From Octopus vulgaris (Eukaryota), in NCBI GenBank assembly GCA_951406725.2, contig OX597838.1:42904001-42968000 (forward strand): DNA of 64,000 nt, given 5' to 3'. The position numbers were made by a program, and so were the translations under genes. Positions 14,280-27,583 of the stretch are shown here, one piece after another. The stretch's first letter is position 1, and each line of letters starts with the position of its first letter. The notes below the pieces were generated by a model that saw only the letters and a program-made list of their open reading frames with translations, searched no databases and was not told the DNA's origin.

Positions 14280-14453
14280 CAGCCACTACACACATATTTT
14301 TTTCTCCTTGCTTCTCTCTGTGTCCCTTTCTGTAGAAGAGCGTAGACTCGAAACGTAAAAGACTTTTTCTATTCCTGAGCGTTATACTAATACATCTGTT
14401 TGTTTTGTACACCACCTGTCTTCGTGTTTTGTTTTTTGTTTTCGTAAACTCTC

Positions 14454-14454
<1 letters not shown>
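14280..14454 (+). repeat. Penelope-like terminal repeat fragment with hammerhead-like motif, copy 2
   Basis: Homologous to 4061-4232; CTGTAGA-A-GAGC-GTAG-ACTC-GAAAC-GTA-AAAGAC starting at 14330; followed by (TA)n. Confidence 0.55.
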
Positions 14455-14504
<50 letters not shown>

Positions 14505-14699
14505 CATATACAGACACATATATACAAATATAAGCTCACATATGCAGATACACACACATTTCATTTCCAAGGTTCCAAGGAAGCTATAAGGTGGTGCACA
14601 AGCACATGGCTGTGAGTGCATTGCATCTTATGGCAGAAACAGCTGGAAGCAAATGAAGTTGGTTACTTAATTCCCGTTCCTTAGTCATTCTTTTGATTT

Positions 14700-14738
<39 letters not shown>

Positions 14739-15308
14739 CATTAGGGTATGGTTGAAAGGAGAGCAACTTTTCCATTCAACTATACCTGGTGATTGTTGAA
14801 ATTGTCCGTTTTTGACATGAAGGTAATTGGTGACAATATAAACTGGCTGTCACGAGACTATAATAATAATCCTTTCTACTAAAGGCAAAAGTGGCCTGAA
14901 ATGTTAGGGTGGGTGGGAAAATAGTTGATTACATTGATCCTAGTACTCAACTGGTACTTATTTCATTGATCCCAAAAGGATGAAAGGCAAAGTTGACTTC
15001 AGCAGGTCCATTTTTCCATGCCTGCATAGGTCAGGTGAAATTTGTGGAAGCAGATTTTCTGCAGTTGGATGCTCTTCCTGCTACCAACCATCATTAAAAA
15101 TATTAGTTTCCAAGTCAACTAATATTTTCCCCTTGTCTGGGCATGTTTTCACAGAAGACTGGAAACAAAGGACACTTGCTTACAATTTTCATGTGATGTC
15201 ACGGCAAGGACACACACACACACACATTACAGGCTTTTATTGTTTGTGTATGAATCCAATCACAGTCTTTAGTCAACTCAGGACTATTGTAGAAAATGCT
15301 CAAAGGTT

Positions 15309-15343
<35 letters not shown>

Positions 15344-15737
15344 CCCTAAACATATGCTATATGGGGAACTTGTTGGTAGAAAGCGATCCTGGCAGAAACC
15401 AAGGTTGCGATTTAAGGACTGTGTCGAGTCATCATTAAAGGCCTGTGATATGCAGGAAGCTGACTGGTAAAGGAAGCAGGTTAAGGATGGCGTTGACACC
15501 TTTGAGTGAGAGCACTTATTCTGCATGAAGAATTTAAGCGTGCTGCTCGAAAGCGCACTGCTGGTGTAGTGAATGGGGACAGCTGGGTTTACAATGTTTG
15601 CAGTCGTGTATGCTTGTTGGGAGCAGGGGTCATTAGCCACCGACGGAGCTGCAAATGCAAAATATAAGTTAGTCCTAGAGCGAACAATGTTCCCAAAGGT
15701 CAGCAATGGTCTTCCTTGATCACAAGTGGACGGCCAT

Positions 15738-15773
<36 letters not shown>

Positions 15774-16647
15774 ATCATCATCATCTTCTAACATCCATCT
15801 TCCATGCTGATTGGATAACTTGACATGATCCAACAGATCTGAGGGCTGCCTTGTGCTCCAGTGTCTACTTTGGTATGGTTTCTATGGCTAAATGCCCTTC
15901 CTGATGACAACCACTTAGACAAGTATACTGGGTACTTTCCCACATGACACCAGCACTAGTGACCTCACCATGCGGCTTGCAAGATAACACTCCATTTTGA
16001 TTGCGTGTAAGCAGAAGAATGGGATGTGGGTGGGTAGAAGCTGCAAAACTTTTGGGGCCATAGGTGAGGGGGTCAGTGTAATGAATGAAGAACAAGTGTT
16101 GATGTATGATATACATTGGGGGAGGGGAGTAGGGGATGACTGCAGAAATTAGGTATGGTTCAAGGGTGGATTAGAGGTGGGGGTGGTCAGTGATACATAT
16201 GGGTTGGAGGATTGGGGTGTAGGAGATGACTGGCAGTACCAAAAGGGATGAAGAGCAACAGAGTTGTAATAATGGTGCAGTAAATAGGGGAAGGCTAAAA
16301 GGAGGAGGGGTGTGTTAGGGGAACGGGACATGGAGTGCATGGTATAGGTGAGTGATGTGTGGTGGTGGTGGAGAGGGAGAGATAATTTGGTTGCACAGGA
16401 AAGGTGATCAGAAGACGAGTATTAAGACTGAAGGATGAATATGAAGGGAAATGGTTCCAAGTCGTGTGAAAGGTAAGTGGTAACATGGAGAAGCTGTTGA
16501 AACATGCAATTCTGTTCACCTTTAATTATGGCAGCAGAATATTGCAGTTAATCAGATAACAGAGGAATCAGTGGCAGACATAAGGCTTGGTGGAGATGGC
16601 TTGACAAGGAAATTGCAGAAGAGGTCCAGTTGTGCATCCATACATAC

Positions 16648-16680
<33 letters not shown>

Positions 16681-16681
<1 letters not shown>

Positions 16682-16883
16682 TGTAATCCCTCACCATATC
16701 GCAGTTTATTGTTAAAGCTTACGTCGATTCCTTGGTGATGCTGTTTTGCATTTATAATAAAATAAATATAAACAAATTATAAAAATAATTAAAAAAATAT
16801 ACAGTACTGTTTTTACTTTGCGAATTTTCACCTGTCGTAGGGTGTTTTGGAATGTAACACCCACAATAGTTGAGAGATTACTG
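16681..16883. mobile_element. Tc1/mariner (Tigger-like) MITE
   Basis: Imperfect inverted ends CTGTAATCCCTCACCAT... / ...AGTTGAGAGATTACTG, about 200 bp, left end abutting a (TA)n run. Confidence 0.5.
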
Positions 16884-19800
16884 CACATACATATATGTGT
16901 GTATACAGACATTGTGCTTCCTGAATTTGAGTTTCTCCAAGAGGGTGAAACTTCTTGAGTATCACATGTTGCCAATTATCCCAGCCCTTTCTCATCTGTG
17001 AGGTTCAAGGTCCTCAGATTAGCCTTCACGATATATGCATACAATTCAATGGGAAATGGATAGTAGATGATGGTGTGTGTGTGTATATATATATACACAC
17101 ACGTGCACATATATATATATATATATATACATACATGTATGTGTGTGTATTTGGCTGTATAGTTATTATGATATACATAATTTATTTTGGTTCATCTAGT
17201 TCTCTATTAATGTACCACATGTCCAGTTTGTTCTGTCAGTTGAATTTCCCAGATGTTATGGGAAGTCTCCAGTGTTACATCCAACAATATAATATATTTG
17301 TGGTATTCCTTCTGACATTAAGCCAGTATGAGGTTTATGTATAGTAAATGACATTAGCTGAAGATGCAACCCTGTGGAATTAAACCTAAATCATTAACAA
17401 GTTTACTCAACAATGACAAACACTCTTGTTTGGTCCTAAAGCGGGCACCTTGGCCATGCTTCTGTATCATCGTAGCCGACGAATCCAAGCATTTTGAGTG
17501 ATATCAAGATGATGGGGAGTGGGTGCAACTCTATTGGTTGTGTTATATCTATTAAGTGGAAACTCACTCTGGGGCATGCAAACAACAGGAGAAATCTTTA
17601 GAGGAAGAGCGACCATGAAGCAAGTGTTTTGGCCTGGTGACTCTTGGGACTCTAAGGGTGTTGGGCCCAACCAGGTCATGACTCTTAGGTGTCTTCCTAC
17701 AGTTTCTGGAATGCCTTGTCACATGAACTTTGTTTCACAGATTCTTCCTAAGTGTTGAATGCTCATCCACTTACTAATTAAGTTGATATTCATTACCTGC
17801 AGCATTGGGGATCCACTGACTTGTATGTTGGCGTATGCGTTAATATTCATACTGTCCACTTGAGAAACTCTGTGGAGACACATGGATTGACTAAATTACT
17901 ACAAGCTGAGCAAGCAGAAGCAGCAGCAGACACCACACAAAGCAAACGATATGTAAAGATCTATGGCCTGACCACACAGCTGGGCCAGGCCAAAAGGATT
18001 AACTCAAGTTGATCCACATCAGGTGCACTTACAACACTATCAACCCCTCAAAGGGACACGTTTTCCTCTGCACACAATAATATAGGTGATGGATACTTGT
18101 TGATGAGGAACAAAGCTACATGTGTGTCTGCGTTAATAGGCAACACCTGAGCAATGATATGATCTAAGATAATCTATAATTAGAGGGAAATATGGCTTGC
18201 AACAGCATCTCACTATCTTATATACGGCCATACATGAAAATCAAAAACAGAGTTGCCTTCACTACAGTTTTGGGGGCAGGAATACTGGTCACTCAGAGTG
18301 GTGTAGTCATTTATTCATTTATGTATCATCCATCGTTTCAACATCGACTTTTCCCTGTATGATCAGGTAAGAGTATGTTGGGGGTCAGTTTTCTGTAGCC
18401 AGATGCCCTTCCTGTTGTCAACTCCATTTGTTCCAAAACAGGATGTAATCTCTCAAACACAGTTTATGCAGTGGCTTACAAGCAAATGATAGCATCAGTT
18501 GGGTCATTGGTTACATTCTGTGAAAACATAATCATGATGACGGAAATTCAGGCTCACACACACAAACATCATCATCATCGTTTTAATGTCCCTTGCTTGC
18601 ATGGATTGGACAGAGTTTATTGAGGCAGATTTCCCACAACTGGTTGGCCTCTGTAACATCATTTAATGTCCATGTTCCATGATGGCGGCAGTCTGACAGG
18701 ATCTAACAAGTGAAATGACATGCTTTGGCCCTGGCTTCTATGTCCAGATGTCCTTACTAATGCTGACCATTTTTCAGAGTTTACGGGATGCTTTTTCCGT
18801 GGTATCAACACTAGTCAGCAAGTAATTTGCAAAACAAGACCCCACCCCTCAACTGAGTGGTGTATTGAGTATTGTGTTCTCTCTTGGCGAAAGCACTTCC
18901 TGATAGCCTGGATCACGTCCCAACAACTGGCCCTTCTTTTGAGGACTAAAAGGATCCTTCTTACCCCTGTAGCTATTGTTACTCTGCAAAGGTCACTCGA
19001 GGCCCTTACTGGAGTATTGCTCTGATACCTAGAGTGGTGCAGCTGTTGCTCACATGGACATTGACACTGTATCCAGAAAAGAGCCACTTGACTGGTTGGC
19101 AAAAAATCACTGACAGACATCTTATCTGGTTCACCGCTGTGCTCTCTCCTCTCCCTACCTTGTCTACCTCTACTGTAATGGCCACTATATCCTCAGACAT
19201 GGCTGAGTTCATGTCCACATGTCCACTCAAGCATTCCCATTCTATTTGTTTCTCTCCTCCTCAAGCCCTGCACTAATTACTTCACCCAATTCTTTTCTAC
19301 CAAGAATGTCAGCCGCCTCCCTCCCCCTGATTCCTTTCCTTGCATCAATCTCTTAGAGAGCCTGTAAATGCCATGGGTACTGCTCCTTTCCCCAGACCCA
19401 GTGGGAATTGTTCAAGGAGCACTTATCTCTGTTGGTAACAGTGAGTTTCTTTCTCTCTCTCAGTGAAAGACAGATTGTACAATGTTTGTGTACAATGTGA
19501 TGCTACATGGAAGTAAAATGTGAGCCTTGATTGTGGAGGATTTACAAATGTTGCAAAGAAATGAAGTCATGTGCCTCACTAGATGAGTGACATTAGCAAA
19601 CATGAATGACAAACCACGAATGAGATGAAAGGAAATTGAATGTAAAAGGTGTCAGATGTAGTATGCAGTAGAGAAGATTACTGATGTGTTAAGAAATTGG
19701 AAGGAACTTGTGGAAGATGTCGTCCGAGGAAGATATTAAACAAAGTGGTAAAGACTGATCCCAAGAGGGTGAACCTGACAATAAAAATAGCAAAGGACCA

Positions 19801-20598
19801 TAACTTTGGGTGAAGCACTCTGTTTCAGGCACCCCTCAAACCCATGGGAAAACAGGTTTTCTAATATTTAAAATTATTTCAGGCTTTCTCATTAACACAG
19901 TGTTGTGCATAAGATACAATTGTGTAGTTACTGATGAGCCGCCTAAAGCATAAAATCATCTCATTGTCATTTAACGTCCGTTTTCCTTGTTGGCATGGGT
20001 TTGATGGTTTGACTGGTAAGCTTGGGAGGTTTCTACAGTCGGATGCCTTTCCTAATGCCAACCACTCCGAGTGCAGTGGGTGCTTTTTATTTGCAACTGG
20101 CATGGGTGCCAGTTATGAAACACCAGCATCAGCCATGACTAGGATCTCACTTGGCTTGACAGGTCTTCGGAAGCGCAGTATATTGCCAAAGGTCTTGGTC
20201 ACTTGTCACTGCCTCCACGAGGCCCAAAGTTCGAGGCGTACTTTGTGTGTGTCACCAGCACGGGTGCTAGGTATGCTACCCTGGCATTGGTCTACACTAC
20301 AATTTCACTTGGCTTGATGACTTTTCTCAAGCACAGCATATCACCCAACATTCAAGGGTGCTTTTTACATGCCAGTCACTGCAGTAATAGCTTAATCCAT
20401 GACTGCTTTGTATAATAGCAGAATATTAAATGCGTTGGATTAGGAAAGGAAATTGGAAACCTCTTATCTAAGGAGTGGTTATAAGCTGTGAAACAGAAAA
20501 TTGAAAGCATAGAAAGAATGTTTTTTACAATCTTATTTCTTTATCACGGCAAAAGCTTTCTAAAATATAAATACGTGTGTTTGTGCTTATAGGTTTAT

Positions 20599-20635
<37 letters not shown>

Positions 20636-20676
20636 GAGAGAGACGTACTTGTCTAAATGTGTGTGTTTGTGTATGC

Positions 20677-21018
20677 ATCTCACCTCAAATATGACAAGCC
20701 ATCAAGCCCCTGCTAGCATGGAAAACAGATATAAAATAACAATAGGGATTCATCATCATTGTTTAACGTCCGCTTTCCATGGGGTCTGGGAAGCCAGGAG
20801 GCTGCACCAGGCCCAGTCTGATCTCCAGCTGTAGAAACACTGCCAGATCAGACTGGGCCTGGTGCAACCTCCTGGCTTCCCAGACCCCAGTCGAACCGTC
20901 CAACCCATGCTAGCGAGGAAAGCGGACGTTAAACGATGATGATGAATCCCTATTGTTATTTTACATCTGCTTTCCATGCTAGCATGGGTTTGATGACTTG
21001 TCATATTTGAGGTGAGAT
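20677..21018. repeat. About 340-bp inverted duplication (palindrome) built from RTE-tail/SINE sequence
   Basis: 20677-20824 is the reverse complement of 20845-21018 with few mismatches, one ~27-nt indel and a 20-nt spacer. Confidence 0.9.
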
Positions 21019-21389
21019 CTTATTTGTATTGGCAGCCTTCCTCTTTGGTCTTATTCTCATGTCATGTTGTGAGTCATCAAGCCGTGTTGTGCCTCTTGAG
21101 ACCCTTGCTACCAGTTTTAAAATCTGGTTTGCTATGCCTGCAATGGTGGATGCATCACCAGTTGACGTAGTCCTTTATCATTTCCTCTCTGAAATGCCAC
21201 AACTGTAGCTTCAGATCTGCTCCAAGTCTTCCTTGGTCTCCCTCTTCTGCTGGTTCCCTGGTTCTGTTCATTTTCAGCACAATGAACTTCATTATGCAAT
21301 TGTCTCCTTCAGTCCTCTTCACATACACATATCAATGCATCACTAAATCTGATTCCTTTTCTGTTCAGTTTTTGTCTTACACAAATATT

Positions 21390-21885
21390 TCTACTCGGGC
21401 TTGCATCCACTGAGAGGAATGAAGCTAGCATTCTCCGTTGGATGTGCAATGTCAGTGTGCATGAGTGACAGAGCACTGGTGCATTGAGAGAAAAGGTTGG
21501 GCATAAGAGGAATTAGATGATGCTGTGTGCAAGAGAGGAGACTGCACTGGTTTGGCCATGCAGTGCATATAGAATGTAGGTGGATGGAACTTGTGGAAGA
21601 AGGAGACCCAGGAAGATATGGGTTGAAGGAGATGACAAAGGACCAATATATGTGACGCCTTGCTGTATTCAAAACTTGTCCACCACAGCAGAATTGGTAC
21701 TGGGGTTGGTGCCACATAAAAAGCACCCAGTACACTTTGTGGAATGGTTGGCGATAGGAAGGGCATCCAGCTATAGAAATCATGCTAGACCAGACAATGG
21801 AGCCTGATGTGACCCCCTGGTCTTAGCAGCTCCTGTCAAACCGTCCAACCCTTGCCAGCTTGGAAAACGGACGTTAAATGATGAC
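21390..21885 (+). mobile_element. RTE LINE 3' fragment with tail
   Basis: Same RTE C-terminal region as 2380-3400 in the opposite orientation, followed by the common ...AGGAAGGGCATCCAGCTATAGAAA...GGACGTTAAATGATGA end. Confidence 0.6.
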
Positions 21886-21961
21886 ATATACACACACACA
21901 CATATATATATGCATACATTTACACACACACATATTTACTCATATATGCATACATACATAC

Positions 21962-22007
<46 letters not shown>

Positions 22008-22488
22008 ATCGTTTGCTGTCTCTGAAGTATTTAGGCTGTTCTTAAAGAATGGATGTCTTCGTGAAGACCCAAGCACAGTTCCAGTGATCCTATAACGTAA
22101 AACGCTCCGTAAAACCGACATGAAAACTTGAAAAAAGATATTAAATATGGCTCGTTTTAGTTTCTGTTGGTTTTTCTTGTAGTGACTAATTCGTTTGTGC
22201 GTGTGCGTACGCTTCGATTTCTGATGAGTGGAGGTCTAGAGGATAACATTTTTATAGTTATTGAATAAAGACTGTATGTTTGTTTATGGAGTTTCTAATA
22301 ATTGGTAGAAAATATAAATTTATGGAATACGTATTTCCTTGTCTTCTCACTGGATTTTATAGAGGACAATCAAGGAATGAACGGGAATGGGAAGATTTTT
22401 AGAAGCTTCTAAAAGTAAATATAGTTTTACATACACACTTCACATTATTATAGGCATCTGTTCCCCCCTCTCTTTCTCTCTCTCTCTC

Positions 22489-22521
<33 letters not shown>

Positions 22522-23387
22522 TTTAACGTCCATCTTCCAAGCCGGTATATATATTATTCTATAAATATATATGTGTACGTTACATAAGTGTATATATTAT
22601 TATATATTATTATTAATAATAATAATAATCAGCAGAAATTAGAGTGACTCAAGGGTCGAGAGTTTCGTCTATTGACACGTACATACATACAAAAGGCCAT
22701 GTATATGTGCATGTATGTATAATATATCAGTTTACGATGATAGTTATTATAGTGGTGGATGTTAAGACACGATGACTTATTTTGACTCACTTTTCCGATA
22801 ACATTTCGTAACAACAACAGTAGTAGTAGTAGTAGTAGATGGTGATGATGATGATGATGGTGATGGTGGCGGAGAGAGTGGATGCGATTAATGTTTGATA
22901 TTAAAGGAAGGTGAATTCGATGATTTCGTCCTCCCAATTCGTTGCTGAATTTTGCGTAAAGTTGGAGAAACTTGTTCGGCGACGCATGCATCGTTCAACC
23001 TCGTCGATCGTCGATTCTGTTATCAATGGAACACTTGGGAAACATTTTATTCAATGGCAGGATAGAAAGTTTACACATGATATCAAACTTTTTTTTTTTC
23101 TCCATCATGGCAGCAGCAGTTGTTGTTGTAGTAGTAGTAGTAGTAGTAGGAGTAGTAATAGAGATCGTAGCAGTAGCAGTACTTGTAATAGTTGTTGTGC
23201 TAGTAGTAGTAGTAGTAGTAGTAGTAATAATAGTGCAGCTTAATGCAATCGAAATATGTCAGTTACTGTTGCAACGTCTTGCAAGGGCCAAATGACTGAT
23301 ATCAAAGCAATTAATTTGATTCATTTAAAGTCTCGTCTCTGTAAACCTTTATCCGCTTTCCAACATTTAAATATGGACCTGTGTGTG

Positions 23388-23426
<39 letters not shown>

Positions 23427-23865
23427 GGGGGCGGGGGTTAATGACGTTTAATTGTATGATAACAGTGAAATAGAATAACTACTTTTCTATTGAATTTGTT
23501 TTTATTGGTGCATGCGTCCTCTTTGAGCTTTTACCTGGAAAACCGATTAAAAATGAAAATAAGTTTTTAAAAAATAAGAACAAAATCAGTTTTATTTATA
23601 TACACGCTTTATATATTGTATATATAAGAACCGGAATGGTTGAAAAAAGATTTTTTTTCGTAACTAAATTGCAGCTCTTTGCGTTGTATATGTGAATGTG
23701 TGTGTGTGTGTGTGTGTATTAATATTTAGAAGAAGTAGCAGCGTGACTCAAGGTCCGAGAGTTTCGTGCGCACCTTGAGTCACTCTTCTGTTAGATATTA
23801 ATAAAAATATACATATACTCATATTTCAAGTTCTCTTTTTTTTCATATTTTCATCAACATACCTT

Positions 23866-23925
<60 letters not shown>

Positions 23926-24043
23926 CCTTCCACGCTGCAGTTATATATACACACACACACTTACGTAGTTTACTAAACAGCGATAGTATATACTTTTTAA
24001 TGCACTCTAAATAATAAGCAGATGCAGCAGTTAGAGTTCCATG

Positions 24044-24077
<34 letters not shown>

Positions 24078-27000
24078 TACATATGTATGTATATAATGTG
24101 TTATTAACAACCCCCACGCATAGAGAAAGAGAAAATAAGTGCGTATTTTATAAACAAGTGTCATATTTAAAGGTACAAGCCTACATCCGAACGCTTCGAT
24201 TATGCATTTTTTCAGCTAAATTAGTAATTGCTGGCGTTGGGGACTAATTGATTGTACGTATTATAACTATTTCCAATCGAATTAAATGTTCTGTGAGCAA
24301 AAATTCATAGATTTTTATAATTTTTAGTGGGGAAAACTTAGAAGAACTACCGTCACCAGGTAGGTAGGCTGTTGAAGAAGTCGCAGCGAGGGTAGTTACT
24401 TCATTATTTATATAGGCTGCTAAAATTAAATTCGATACTTAATTAAACTATACACGCTTTATTTATTGTATATACTCTGATTAGTCGAGTGTGTATATAT
24501 TTGGTCGTTGTACGACATGTGACGGCTAAATTGACTTTGCTACTTCAAATCTGGATTGAGAGAAAATGGGAAGTTGTGATGTTCAAGTTTTTCCCAAATT
24601 AAACGGTTCCAACTTGATAATAGAAACTATACAGTATACTCAGCCCTACTGCTAATCGTACGATCGTTACTTATATACATGTGTGTGTGTGTTTAGTGTT
24701 ATAATAGAAATAATCTCGTCATTGGAATTAGAATTGTGGAATTTTTGTCCCTTAGATATCAAAATTTTTGTTTAAGTTTAAACTAAAATGTTCACCATTT
24801 TGCGTCAAAAGAAAAAAATGAATCGGTGTTTTGATAGAATTATATCTAAAAGTTGTGAGCTGAAAGAAAACCAAAGACATGTTTAAAATCTATGTACGAG
24901 ATATTTCTGTTTTGTCAAACTCACTGCTGTCGATTTTAAAAAAATCTGTTTTTAGACCCAAAACTTAAACCAGCACAGTGACCTAAAAACACTGCGAATA
25001 ATTTAGTGATATTATTTTGTCTAACAAAATTGATAAAGTGGACAACATAAAAGCCGAAAAGAAATTAATATTTAAAACAGTTTAATAGCTGTTAATTTAT
25101 TTAATCATTTGGATGTGTTCTGAAGTATTTTAGGTCTACTAAACTGTCTTATAAAACCGCCGTTCATAATTATCTTTCATGCATTAACAAGTGATTAAAA
25201 AAGTGTAAAATAATGAGTAGGTTTCATTACTTTGTCAAGGAGTTGAGTAATCTGTTTTTGTTTTTATTTTTTTTCTAGAAACCATTTTACTGTAATTAGT
25301 TAAAAGAAGGTTGTTTGTTTTTTTTTTTTTTTTTGTTTCATTACTTTTAAAATGGCTGAGCGATGTAGACTACCTACTGACTGGTTGGACCCGAGTTCAT
25401 GCCCCCTGCGGATATTTTGTATTTGAAAAGAAAATTCTTCCTTATTTTAGCCAACTTGACAATGGGCAAGAAAGAAGAGTTATTTGGTTTTCGAGGCAAC
25501 AATAGACGAGCGATTGTTTATAGAGAGACTTTAGTTTCCCATCTGCTCGATGCTACTACGGTCATGTTGTTATTTATTCCAAGATAAACACCTCCCTGTG
25601 GAATAGTATGGGTTTAGGGTTACTGTTGTTTTGTTACCATAGTTTGTTTAGAAAGTTTGGAATAATTTAAAGAAAGTTGGAAACAATTAAAATGAATGTT
25701 TTAGATAGAGGTGTTTGAGGATTGAACCCAGTATTCTGCTTACGAATGGCTATTTTGATTATATCTACTTACAATATTAAACTTGCTTCTCTTAGTTCTT
25801 CATTGGTGTTTCTTTAAAGTTATGATTTAGGAGACAAACAGAAGCTTCTTTCAGCACAAACATTGCAGTTTTGGTAATGTGTAAGAACAAGAAAAGAAAA
25901 AACCACTGGAGATGGGTCATGGTTGGAATGGGAATCAAAAAAGTTGGAACTTCTTCGGTTCTGGTAGCATAAGATTGCTTCTACATAGTGTCATTAATTT
26001 TGGAAGAATTTCTCTTGACTAATTCTGTAATAAATAAGGCAAATGACTGAGATAGAAAGTACAATTCAGGCTGAATTGCTCCAAAATGTTTTGTTAGGAA
26101 TATTTTTGGAGGACATTGATTTCTTGGATCAGCTCAAGACCACATATTTCAGAGAACAGCATTATTATTGTGTTTGTTCCTGCTACTTAATTTATTGGTC
26201 ATAAAGTGATGAAAGACAAAAATTGATCATTCAACTGTAGTAGGATGAAAGAGAGAATCTGTTAAACATTTAGTCCTGTTGCATTCTGTTTTGGCCATTC
26301 TACTGATGTGCTGTCCCCTCTCTGCCTTTCCCATTCCTACAAATTTGCCCCTATTCACCACTCACAGCTAGTTGCTCTCTTGTCACTTCTGCTAACTTAT
26401 CTCTCTTCCTCTCATCAACCAAATTGTTGCCAACATTCTTAGGTATTCTTGCCCTAACCTCTGTAAGCTAGTTTCTCCCCGGAACATCAATCCCTTGGAA
26501 TTCCTTCCTAGCATTTTTTCTTTTTTTTTTCTGCACTCATTAGTTGTTCCAAGATGAAGTTAACATTGTCAATCTCCCCTACAAGGGCCAATTGGAAGAT
26601 CTCCTTTCTCAAGAATTTAAAATAAAATTTAAACAATGAGATGTATTTGATAACCAGGGTTCAGCAGCAATTAAAATTAGTATTGAGCTTTTTAGTTGCA
26701 GTTTCTATTTGAAGTCAACAATTTCTAATATCTAAATGAAGGTAAAAAAATACACATAAACTGACAGGTGATGATGATGATGATGGCAACAACAGGTGGA
26801 AACCAGCAAATTTGAAGGGTGAAGCTTAGTCAATACAATTAGCTTCAGTACTTGACTGGTGCATTTAGTGACCTCGGTGGGATGAAAGGCAGTGTTGGCC
26901 TCAACAACATTTGAACTTGGAATATAAAGAACCAAAAACTAAATACCAGAAATCATTTAGCCCGGTGCTCTAATGATTCTGCAATAATAATGTCTAACAA

Positions 27001-27490
27001 GGATTTAAAGCCAGAAATTTGGTGATGGTGGTGGCCAGTAAATGAGATGAAAGCAAAGTAAACTTTGGTATGGTTTGAAATCAGGAAATAGAAGAATAAA
27101 TGCAAGGACAGTACTATTGCCACCATTCCACTAGCTTTGTAATAATACTACTACAAACCGATTGACTATATAAGGAGTGAATAAAGAAGAACTGGGCAGC
27201 ATGAGAGGCTGTCTGACTGTGAATGTAGTGTGGCTGGCAGGAGTGTTGTATGGCTGTAAACAGTAAATGGAGGGACTAACAGAAAAATAACTCTATCACA
27301 ATTCCACTCTCTACACATTGAAATTGGATTTTTTCCAGATGCTGTGAGTAATCCAAGAAATGTCCTCGGTTTCCTCTCACTTCTTTGACATGTCTTTTAT
27401 TTCCTTACACTTTTTATTTATCAGTTTTGTCTGTTTGTCCATTCCAGGAACGCTTTATAGTTACACTTCATTTGCAAATTTCTTTTACAG

Positions 27491-27583
27491 AAAGTTATTG
27501 TCCAGATACTTCGTAAGGAGCTTGTAAACAAACAACAAACTTCTAACCAAGCATCAAGCCTTAATACAAATGCCTCCCAGCAG
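27491..27583 (+). CDS. PHF21A: PHF21A/BHC80 orthologue, first coding exon seen in window (phase 0-0)
   Basis: ttttacag|AAA...CAG|gtaagt; KVIVQILRKELVNKQQTSNQASSLNTNASQQ aligns with human KRVVEQLRKNLIVKQEQ. Confidence 0.9.

Noticed and set aside
22911-23295. Overlapping poly-Ser / poly-Val ORFs
   Set aside because: Driven by (AGT)n microsatellites; no splice or homology support.
26043-26200. MTEIESTIQAELLQN..., superficially like the PHF21A N-terminus (MELQTLQEALKVEIQ)
   Set aside because: Weak similarity, no suitable donor site, and the following conserved exons (KLVAQMKQDPQ, NADLKKQLHELQ...SEKQ equivalents) were not found before 27491.
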